Positions 10,585 to 19,670 of a stretch of DNA of 35,437 nt are shown here, in pieces. The position numbers and the translations under genes were made by a program. Source of the DNA: Prasinococcaceae sp. CCMP 1430. Taxonomy: Eukaryota > Plantae > Prasinodermophyta. The notes under the pieces are model-generated. The model did no database searches. It had not been told where the DNA came from and was given only the letters and a program-made list of their open reading frames with translations. The first letter of the stretch is position 1. Each line of letters begins with the position of its first letter. The DNA lies in NCBI GenBank assembly GCA_013416795.1, contig RQSC01000004.1, positions 370,498 through 405,934 on the forward strand, in the 5' to 3' direction.

Positions 10585-10605
10585 CGTTTCGCGCGCCGCG
10601 AAACG
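10585..10605. promoter_or_regulatory. Palindromic paired E2F-like sites between two divergent ATGs
   Basis: CGTTTCGCG-CGC-CGCGAAACG contains TTTCGCGC and, on the reverse strand, TTTCGCGG; ATTGG (reverse CCAAT) at 10570. Confidence 0.35.
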
Positions 10606-10725
10606 GCAAAGCGCAGGCGCGAGCGCGACCCGTGCGTGGCGCACCGCACCGCACGCGGACGACCAGCTGCAAGCGCGCCGCAGGGGACCACACAGTGTAC
10701 ACAGCACACACACGCACTCCTCATC

Positions 10726-10770
10726 ATGTCGGGCAAGGGTGGCAAGGGCGGCAAGGGCGGCAAGGGCAAG
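10726..10770 (+). CDS. Orphan first exon MSGKGGKGGKGGKGK (histone-tail-like, Gly/Lys-rich)
   Basis: ATG after an AC-rich leader, preferred codons (AAG/GGC), ends exactly at AAG|GTGCGT donor. No downstream exon found. Confidence 0.45.
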
Positions 10771-10799
10771 GTGCGTCGGGGGAGGGGCTCCGCGCCTCG

Positions 10800-12559
10800 C
10801 GCCGCGGCGGCGCCGCGGGCATCAGGAGCCTGCACCTGCCGCGCGGGCGCGCGGGGGGCCGCCATCGCGTTGTGGTCTTTCGGCAGCGCGGGGGGCGCGG
10901 GCACGAAGTGCGGCTGCCGCCGCTGCTCCTGCTCCTGCACCTGCTGCTGCACCTGCTGCGGCACGGCCGGCGGCTGGGCGCCAGTGGCCGGAAGTGCGCC
11001 CAGCACGTGCAGTGGGGGCAACGCGGGCGGGGCGGCGGACGCCGACCACGCCTGTCGGCCTGGCGCGCCCCCAGCGCCTGGCCCCGTCGCCGAGCCGAGC
11101 GCCGCGAGCGACGACGCCACAGGCCGGCGCGGGCCGAGGGAGGCCTCTTTCGATACGATCGGCGACGTGAGCCGCTTAAAGTCCTTGTAGCTGTACTGCC
11201 CGCGCGCGATCTCATCGCCGCCCCCGCTGGCGTCGGCGGCCTCCATGGCGAGGCGCAGCACGAGGGTTCGGACTGCGTGCGTGCGTGCGCGCGCGCGCGC
11301 GCGTGTCGACGGCGCGGCTCGCATGCGTCAGCCCTGTGCGCGGGCGCGCGCCCGCCCGCCCGCCCCCACAGAAACGCACAGAAACGCACACGCACACACA
11401 CGCGAACGCCCACGCCCACGCGCGCACCTGTCTGCTTGCTCGCCGGCGCGCCCACGGCGCCCAGCGCGCTGCGCAGCACCGCGACGAGTCCCGCGGCATC
11501 GAGCGTGCCGCTCGGGGACGCCGCGCGCGACTGGAAGGCGTTTTGCATGGCGTACGGCTGCGCGTCGCGCGCGGCGCCGAGGGCGGCAGAGGCCGCGTCG
11601 GCGGTGAGCACCAGGCTCGGGGGGCGCGCGCGCGCATGCACGAGCGTGTCCGGCGCCAGCTCCAGGGCGGGATCCGCCAACGCGGCCTCGCGCGCCTCGC
11701 GCGCCCTGACGAGCGCCCGAGCCGACCGCAGCGCGCCCCACGACGTGGAGCACGCGGCGAGGCCCTCCCGCACGTCTGCCGGCCCCACGGCGCGCGCGCC
11801 CACCAGCACCGCGGCGGTGAAGGTGGACAGCTCGGCCGGTGTGGTGTCGGGAATGGCGGCGCGCGCGAGGTCCGCCAGCTCGCCCGCGCTCAGGGCGCCG
11901 TCGCCATCGCGGTCGAACTTGCCGAGCACGAGCGGCACGTCGCCGGCGGCGCCCGCCCCGGCTCGCCCGGCCTTGCGCTCCGCCTCCGCGGCCACCTGGG
12001 CTTCCTTGGCCTCAGTCTCGTTCAGGAATGTGCGCACGAGCGCGAAGACGTCTCGGTCGCCAGGCTGGCCCCGCTGGGAGGGCGCGGGCTCCTCCTTGCG
12101 CTCCTCCGTCGCGCCTCGCTCCTCCCCGAGCGTCGCCGCCGCCGCCCCGGGCTCGGCCCGCCGATCGCCGTGCGCCGCGCCGAGCGCCGCGCGCGCGTCG
12201 GCGAGCTCCCGCCGCGCGCTCTCGGACTCCTCGGTGAGGCGCCGCTAAGCGTCGGCCACGCGCGTGAGCTCCGTCTGCTGCGCGTCGAGCCGCGCCTTCA
12301 TGGCGGCCAGCGCCTCGAGCTGCGCGGACTGCACCCGTATTTGCTGCTGCTGCAGGGCGGCGCTCTGCTGCGCCTGCTGTTGCCGCTGGAGCGTCAGCTG
12401 CTGCTCCTGCTGCGCCTGCTGCGCCTGCAGCTGTTGTTGTTGTTGCTGCTGCTGCTGCTGCATCTGCTGCATCTGCTGCTGCTGCACCCCCTGCTGCTGC
12501 GCGGCGGTCGGAGATGGCACGTACAGCGGCGCGGGCGCGACCTGCGCCGGGCCGGGCAT
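10800..12559 (-). CDS. Gln-rich coiled-coil EF-hand protein; in-frame TAG at 12245-12247; intron 11273-11427; 3' end unresolved
   Basis: PolyQ N-terminus, EF-hand loop FDRDGDGALSAGEL. Phase-1 intron (G|GTGCGC...GCAG|TC) joins to VRTLVLRLAMEAADASGG...SYKDF. The frame is continuous across a single TAG. Confidence 0.65.
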
Positions 12560-13745
12560 GGCGGACGGATGCGCCTCCCCCAGCGCGCGCGTGCGCGCCG
12601 CGCTCGAGGGAACGCTGGTGGCAAGGGGTGATCGCGCGTGGCCAGCCCACCAAGAGGTGGGGGAGGTGGGCCGCGCGCGCCCTGTGGTGCCCCCAGCCCC
12701 AGGCGAGGGCCTCGCCGCGCCCCCGCCGCGTCGCGGTCGCCGCGACCGCGCGCGCGCGCGCGGGGGAACGGGGGGGACCGGGCGGCCCGCACGCCTACGA
12801 GCGTCTGAACGATCGAAATTCTCAGCCACGGGCGACTAACTCAGAGGTCGTCACCTGGCACGCGCCGCGGCCCCATTTGAAGAAGTCCCAATGCGGCGGT
12901 CGCGACTCGATGCGACTCGATGCTTTTTGATGAGGGGCACGCGGGAGGGCCGTTGTGGGTCGGTTTGAATGGGCCGCGGCTTCGAAAATGGCGCTGATGA
13001 GGGCCGACTTTCCGGAGCCGCCCGTTTTCGCAGCCGCGGGCTGCGTTTCGGTGTCGTCGCGCGCGCGCGCGCCGCGCCATCCATTCTCATTCTGACCTTC
13101 CCGCGCGGTTCGTTCGTTCGTCCGGCTCCGGTTCCGGCTCCGGCTCCGCGCGTTCGCGTTCGCATTCGCGCTCGCGCTCGCGCGCGTGCGAAACGCAGCA
13201 ACGGGCGGGGTCGCGGCTTCGTCTGAGCACATCACTTTTTCCTTGAAGTTGCCAGTGAGCGCGATTTGGGGTCTGTGCATGCACGACCGTGCAGATTTTG
13301 ATGGCATTTGACGTGCAATCGATGATGAACCCTAGCTAGCAAGTGCCGAAAGGACCGGGCGCCCGGCGGCGATGCGCGCACGACGGGGGAACGCGCGCGC
13401 GCGCCCCACCGGCCCGGCGCCACACGGCCGTGCGAGCGNNNNNNNNNNNNNNNNNNNNNNNNNNNNNNNNNNNNNNNNNNNNNNNNNNNNNNNNNNNNNN
13501 NNNNNNNNNNNNNNNNNNNNNNNNNNNNNNNNNNNNNNNNNNNNNNNNNNNNNNNNNNNNNNNNNNNNNNNNNNNNNNNNNNNNNNNNNNNNNNNNNNNN
13601 NNNNNNNNNNNNNNNNNNNNNNNNNNNNNNNNNNNNNNNNNNNNNNNNNNNNNNNNNNNNNNNNNNNNNNNNNNNNNNNNNNNNNNNNNNNNNNNNNNNN
13701 NNNNNNNNNNNNNNNNNNNNNNNNNNNNNNNNNNNNNNNNNNNNN

Positions 13746-16595
13746 CGCTCGCCCGCGGCGCTCGCGCCCCGAGCGACGCGCCCGAACGCCGCCGCGGCGG
13801 CGCTGCTCGCGGACGGCGACGACGAGGACGCGCTCGCGCCGCTGCTCGGGCTCAGCGCCGTCGACGGCATTCTCGACGCGCTGCGTTGCAGTTTGGACGA
13901 GCACGAGGCGGCGCAACGGCGCGAGCGCCGCGCGCGAGGTGTCGCTGCGACCGCGGCGGCGGCCGCTCCCCGGCCGAAGCATGGCGCGAAGGCGCCCGGG
14001 CGCTCCCAGGCAGCTCACACGACGCGCGCTCGGACGCGCTCTGCCGCGTCGTCTTCGGCGCAGCGCGAGGCCGCCGTCGCGCCGCCGGCCGCGGCGGTCA
14101 AGGCGAGACGCGCCGCCAAGGAGGTGGAGCTGCGCCGCTCGCACGTGCACAAGGAGGTGGAGGAGCTCAAGCGCCGCGTCGCTGCGCAGGAGCGCAGCGC
14201 GCGCAAGCAGCGCATCGCGCGCAAGCGAGCCGAGGCGGAGGCGGCGCGTGCCGCGCGGGAGGCGGCGCGCGCCGAGGCCGAGCGCCGGGAGCGCCTCGCG
14301 AGCGAGGAGCTGCTGCGAAAGCGGGAGCGACGCGAGGCGGCGGAGGAGCGCCTGGAAGCAGAGCGCGTCGAGATGTCGCTGACCGCCGCGGAGGCGCAGG
14401 CGCAATCCCACGCCGAGATCGCGGCGGCGCACGACGCGCGGCGAGCCTTGCGCAACGTGCGGCTGGGGCTGCGCGCGTGGCAGGCGCAGGCCGCGCAGAG
14501 CGAGGCGAGCATGCGAGCGGCGGGCGCCATGGCGCGCGCGGCGCGTTTTGCGCGCGCGTGGCGCGCGTGGAGCGTGCACAAGTGGGCCGCCCGCTGCGCG
14601 CGCCAGCGCGCGCTCGACGAGGCCGACGCGAGGCGCAAGGCTGAGGCCGAGGAGAAGGCCGCCTGCCACTGGCGACGGGCGGTCGCCCGTCGAGCGCTCC
14701 GAGGCTGGCTGGACGCCGCGAGAGCGCCGGCGCGCGAGCGGGAGGCCGCCCGCGCGAAGGCCGAGATCGCCGCCAAGAAAGCCAAGGCGCTGCGGAAGGT
14801 GCAGGCGAAGGCGCAAAAGGCCACGCAGCGGGGCGCGCAAGCCGAGCGGGCGGGCGCGCACCCCTCGCCGGCCGAGGGCGCATCCGGACCGTCGCGCCGC
14901 GCGCGGGCTGCGCGAGGGCAGGAGGGGCACGCGCTGCCGTCTCCGCCCAAGCCGCAGAGGCGTGCCGTCGCGCTGGCTACCGACGTCGAGGAGGAGGACG
15001 AGGCTAATCTCGAGGCGCTGGTGGAGCTCCTCGGATTGCCCGAGGACGCCGTGCGGCGCTCGAGCAGCACCGACGCGCGCGCCGAGCTCCTCGCAGCGCT
15101 GGAGGGACTGCACGAGAGGATGTCAGACGGGCGCGGCGATGGCCCCGGCGCTCGCACGGAGGATGGCGCGAGTGGCGGCGGCGGCGTGCTCAGGCTGGAT
15201 GCCGCCGAGCAGGGCGCGCGTCTGGCGTCGGCCGGGTCCGCGGCGGCGGCAATGGTGGAGCGCGCGACGCACCCTGCCGCCGCCGCCGAGGTCGCGCGCG
15301 AGGTGGCTGTGGACCACGCCATCCAGGAGGCGCGCGGCTCGCCAGACGCGGCGTCCGCTGCAGCCTCACCGCGCGAAGCCGCGCCCGCAGCCGTCGCTCT
15401 GGCGTGCGGCCTCGAGGCCGCGGCGCGCGCGCTGCGCAACGCGACGGGCATGCGCGAGCGCCAGGAGGCCGCGGCCGCCGTGCGGCGCGAGCGCGCTGAG
15501 AAGCGTCGCCGAGTGGCGGAGGAGCGTCGTGCGACCGAGCTGGCCCTCGTCGAGGCCGAGGAGGCGGCCGCGAGACTGCGCGAGCGCCTGCAGCGCAAGG
15601 CCCGCCTCATGCGCCAGGCGCGGGAGCGCGAGGCACGCGCGCAGCGCGAGGCGGCCGACGAGCTGCTGAGCATGCAGGCGCAGCTCGCGCGCACGCACCA
15701 CACGCGGACGCGCACCGTGCGCGCGTGGCACCTGTGGGCGGCCGCCGTCGCGCACGCGCGCGCGAGCTGGGCGGTCGCGGTCGGAATGGCGCACTTGCGC
15801 CCCTTGCGCGCACCGCTCTATTACCTCTACCGCCGGCTGGTCAGGCGGCGCGTGCGCGCCGTGGTGCTTCCCGAGCTACTGCGTGCCGCGCGGGCGAGGG
15901 CCCTCGCCCGCAGGTCGCTCGCGAGGCGCGTGCTTGTGCCGCTCGCTCGGCTCGCGGCAAGTAGCGCGCACGCCCGGCGCTCGCGCGCGCAGCGCGCGTT
16001 CGAGGCGCTGCGCGCGCTGCACGCTGCCTCGAAGGCCAAGGTGACGGTGGCCGGGTGCCACTTCGTGAGGCCGTCGTTCGGCCTTTGGGCGCGCGCGGCG
16101 GCTGACGCCAGTCGCGCGCGGTACTACCTAGAGCTGCGGGCGATGGAGCGCGTCGCGGAGTGGCGCGAGGACCGACTGCTGCGAAGGACGACCGTCGCGT
16201 GGGGCGCGACCGCGCAGGCGCGCAAGGCGGAGCGCGCGGCTGAGGCACGCAGGGCAGCGCTGTGGACCAAGGTGAACGGCTGGCTGGCCGAGTTCAAAAA
16301 TGAGGAGGACGGGCGGAGGGCGCAGTACGGTGGGCCGGGAGCGGCGGCCGTGGACGTCGAGAGGGCGGGCAGCCGCATCTACAGAGCTGGTGACAGGGCA
16401 GGCAAAGGACGCGGGGCTGGCGAGGGTGCGGGCAGCCGCGTTGGAGCTGGCTCGGCGCTCGCTTCGGCGCTCCTGGCGGAGTTCGCCTTCGGCGGGGCGT
16501 CGGGGGCGTCCGGAGCATCTCCAGCGCACGCGCCGCTCGGCGCCTTCTCTCAGGTGCAGCTTGGCCAGCGCGGCGGCGACCCGCCGGCGTCGTGA
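13746..16595 (+). CDS. Sfi1-repeat/CCDC191-like coiled-coil protein (5' end in N-gap)
   Basis: Long E/R/A coiled coils with periodic Trp motifs (LRAW, RAWRAW, LRGW, RAWHLW, FGLW, VAW) like centrin-binding Sfi1 repeats; C-terminal LWTKVNGWLAEF. Confidence 0.6.
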   Translation, partial: RSPAALAPRATRPNAAAAALLADGDDEDALAPLLGLSAVDGILDALRCSLDEHEAAQRRERRARGVAATAAAAAPRPKHGAKAPGRSQAAHTTRARTRSAASSSAQREAAVAPPAAAVKARRAAKEVELRRSHVHKEVEELKRRVAAQERSARKQRIARKRAEAEAARAAREAARAEAERRERLASEELLRKRERREAAEERLEAERVEMSLTAAEAQAQSHAEIAAAHDARRALRNVRLGLRAWQAQAAQSEASMRAAGAMARAARFARAWRAWSVHKWAARCARQRALDEADARRKAEAEEKAACHWRRAVARRALRGWLDAARAPAREREAARAKAEIAAKKAKALRKVQAKAQKATQRGAQAERAGAHPSPAEGASGPSRRARAARGQEGHALPSPPKPQRRAVALATDVEEEDEANLEALVELLGLPEDAVRRSSSTDARAELLAALEGLHERMSDGRGDGPGARTEDGASGGGGVLRLDAAEQGARLASAGSAAAAMVERATHPAAAAEVAREVAVDHAIQEARGSPDAASAAASPREAAPAAVALACGLEAAARALRNATGMRERQEAAAAVRRERAEKRRRVAEERRATELALVEAEEAAARLRERLQRKARLMRQAREREARAQREAADELLSMQAQLARTHHTRTRTVRAWHLWAAAVAHARASWAVAVGMAHLRPLRAPLYYLYRRLVRRRVRAVVLPELLRAARARALARRSLARRVLVPLARLAASSAHARRSRAQRAFEALRALHAASKAKVTVAGCHFVRPSFGLWARAAADASRARYYLELRAMERVAEWREDRLLRRTTVAWGATAQARKAERAAEARRAALWTKVNGWLAEFKNEEDGRRAQYGGPGAAAVDVERAGSRIYRAGDRAGKGRGAGEGAGSRVGAGSALASALLAEFAFGGASGASGASPAHAPLGAFSQVQLGQRGGDPPAS

Positions 16596-16652
16596 GCCGC
16601 CGCAACCGGCGCTGCTGCAAACACGTAGCAGGCGCATCCATTCATTCATTGA

Positions 16653-17976
16653 TTACCGCGCCCTCCCCCCGAGGACGCGCACGCCCTCGTCCCCGCGCAG
16701 CTCGTACTCGAGCAGCACGCCGTCCAGCGCGAGAGAGTGCCGCACGGCGCGCGCCGCACCGAGCGCGCCGTCGACCCGCTTGCGGTGCGCCGAGCGAATG
16801 TCGCGCGCGAGAACCTACAAAGAGACGCCCAAGGGTGTAGGGTTGGGTGTTGTGGGTGTGGATAGAGATGGTGGACAGCGGCGAGGGCTCGAGTGCGTCA
16901 GCGCGCGGCGAGCCCAACGCCAGAGCGAGCGCGAGGCGCACGCGCGCGCCAAACCCACCTCCTCGGCGAGCGCCACCAGGCAGCCCGCGTCCGCCAGGAG
17001 CCGCTGGGACCCCCTCGTGTCCTCTGCCCACGCCGCACTGACCTCCTCCCTCGCGCCTTCCGCCCACGCCACGCCCACCTCCTCGCCAGGGAGCGCACGG
17101 TCCACCCAGCGCGGCGCGTGCGCGCCGTCGACGCTGTCCGCAAAGGGCACGTACGGCTTGATGTCGAGCACGACCGTGCCGTCCACGCAATCGAGACCGC
17201 CGATGTCCACCCAGCCCCTACTTTTTCGCGAGGCGACAGGACGAGCGCGCGTGTGTGCGTGCGCGCGTGGGCGCGTGCGTCAGCCGCCGGGCCTTCAATG
17301 AGCCGCAGCGCTGCCCGCGGCAGCAGCAGGAGCATCAGCAGCGACACGGCACGCACCTCTTGCCCCCCCCGCCGGCACCAGCACCCACGGCGACGATAGT
17401 CCCCACCGACAGCCCAATGGCACATGGCCGATGCGGCGTGCGCGTGGCCAGCGCGCCCTTGAGCGCGCCGTTGAGGCGCGGCACGCCCACCTTCGCCTTT
17501 GGCGTCATGCCCGCCGGGTTGCGCTGTGCTGTGCGGGCGCCGCGGGCGCCGTCGGTGTTGTGGTTGAAAGCGTAGAGCACCCAGCAGTGCGAGTACTCCT
17601 CGAGTCCCTCCAGGCACGCTGCCGGCACGTGCGGCGCGAGCGTCAGGCGAGCGCGCGCGCTGGGCGCGAGCAGCGGTTGGCGTGGGCAGCCGTTCCGCGT
17701 GTCGAACACCGAGCGCAACACGCCCAGCGGGCGCAGCGTGAGCAAGTTGCTGTCTGATCTGCGTGCCCCGGGCAGTTTGTCTTGTTGTTTGTGAGGGGCC
17801 GCCAGAGCCAGCGCGCGCTCGGCCCGCACGCGGCCGGCGCGCTCCTCCGCGCGCAGCTTCTCGGCGCGCCGCGCTCGGCCGGCAGCCGCCGGCTTGGCGA
17901 CCAGGAGGCCGAGCGCGAGGCCGAGGACGCACGCGCCCATGAGCGGAGCGGCGGCCGCGAGCGGCGAAGCCGACAT
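16653..17976 (-). CDS. TRMO: tRNA (adenine(37)-N6)-methyltransferase TrmO/TsaA; 3 exons
   Basis: SVFDTRNGCPRQ, LEGLEEYSHCWVLYAF, KAKV.VPRL, ATRTPHRP..IGLS, GLDCVDGTVVLDIKPY. Introns 17218-17356 and 16815-16958 give in-frame joins. N-terminal hydrophobic segment. Confidence 0.92.
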
Positions 17977-18652
17977 CGCGCCCCTGGGCCCGCCTCCCGC
18001 TTCCCCTCCGCGCGGCGGCGCCGGTCGATTCGATTGGCCTGGATTGGCTCTCTGGCGCCCGCGCGGAGTGGGGCGGGGGAGGTGGCCCGCGCGGGAGGCG
18101 CGCGCCCCTGTGGCGCCGCCGCCCCGCGCCGCCTGCCGGAGGGAGAGTGTCTCGCACGTCGCGCGACCGCGGGGGTGCACCGAAATTTGGGTTTAGAAGT
18201 TAGGGTTATTTTCACAGACCCTCAGCGTGCAGGCGGTGCCGCCGCCTGAGCGCGGCGATGCGCATGCCACGCTGGGCGGCCACGACGCGTAGCCAGAAGA
18301 GAGCGCTCTGGCGTCCCCCCCCCCCACCCCCCACCCTCCGCCTCCCCCCCCGCCTGCCCGCCGCTGCTGCACAACACGACAGGCACGCTGTTCGCACGCC
18401 CGGCCGCGGCGCCCGATCTCGGGGGTTGGCACGTGCAGAGCGCGCGCTGAGGAGGGGGAGAGGGGAGGGCGCGGCGGCGCGGGGCGTCGCAGCGGCAGCG
18501 GCGAGCAGCCCGCGCCCCCGGGGCAGCGGTGTCTCTCGTGCAGAGCGCCCGCCCGCCTGATCCGCCGGCCGCGGAGCCTGTCAGGGGGCGGCGGACGGCC
18601 GCGCAGGAGAGGGGGGGCATCAGGCCGTCCAGCGGCCGAGGGTCGGTGACCG

Positions 18653-19566
18653 ATGGCAACAGAGACCGGGTCGGCGGGCGGCGCGCCTGGCGCGTTCGAG
18701 TTCCCGCCGCACTTCGCGTATCCGCCGTTCTTCACGCTGCAGCCCGTCGAGCAGACCCGCGCGCGCCAGCTGAGCATGTGGACGGAGCTCGTGCTCGCCT
18801 ACTGTGCGCACGCGCGACTGTTCGTGGTCGACGCCGATGCGCCGCCGCAGGAGCTCTTCGCCAACGCCGCGCTACCTAGGAAGCTCGAGCCACGGGGAGT
18901 GCGGGTGCGTACTCTCGCGCCGCGCGCGCCGCGCGCTCGCGCGCTCGCTCGCGCGCCGCGCAGCTTCGACGTCTCTAACCCCTCCGGCGTCACGCGCCTC
19001 ATCGCCGGCGCGCAATGCATCGGTTGCTCGCGTGCCCCCGGCCCAACGACCCCGTCCACTCTCCGCCTTCCAACGCACGCCCCGTCTGGCCTCTCCCGCA
19101 CGCGCTTCGCCGCGCGAGCGCAGGCGGTGCTGGGGGCCCTCGTGGACGCGGGCAGCGGCGAGTGGATAGGCGGGGGCGAACAGAAGGTGCTCGTGATGTG
19201 GAGGTGCGTCGCGCTGCCAGCGGCAGCATGCGCGGTGCGCTCGTGCATGGGGCGCACCGATGGGCCCTAGCGCCGCATATCGCCACGCCCCTGCCCTGAC
19301 GCTCCGCCACCGCGGCCACCTCGTCCGTCCGCAGGCGCGCGGAGGAGTGGGCGTCCGAAATCGAGTCCATCGTGCATGCCAACGCGCTGGCGGGTTCGGT
19401 GCTCACCCTCGAGGAGCTCACGAGTGGCGTGGAGGCGCAGGGAACGCCCGTGGAAGGCCTGCACATCGAGGTGTTGCACAGGGCGCTCGAGGTGCTCGAA
19501 GCGCGGGGCAAGGCGGTGCGCTTCAAGGGCGACTCGGCCGACGACGAGGGTGTCAAGTTTTTGTAA
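18653..19566 (+). CDS. VPS25: ESCRT-II subunit VPS25; 3 exons
   Basis: FEFPPHFAYPPFFTLQP...TRARQL..W..LVLAYC, C-terminal EGVKFL. Introns 18905-19123 and 19204-19334 (GTGCGT...GCAG). Confidence 0.95.
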
Positions 19567-19670
19567 GTGCTATACATGGAGACGGCCGCGCGCGCGCGCG
19601 GCGCGGCGCGGCGCGGCGGGGCGCGGCCTACGTGCGGCATGATGCCACCCTCGTCTTCGGGTCGGGTCGT

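Noticed and set aside
8022-11324. 1100-aa ORF as a single CTL gene
   Set aside because: It chains the EF-hand gene's exon, non-coding sequence, an off-frame read of DUF4347 and then the true CTL part.
12245-12247. Genome-wide TAG-to-Gln code reassignment
   Set aside because: TAG terminates PLK, CTL, CDC26 and the 2751 ORF at plausible ends, and Gln codons elsewhere are CAG/CAA.
12927-12997. TTGATGA...CTGA as a box C/D snoRNA (guide TCGAAAATGGC pairs with LSU GCCAUUUUUGG)
   Set aside because: Imperfect C box, no terminal stem, two G-U pairs, the predicted A is not a methylation site I know, and it lies in a probable promoter.
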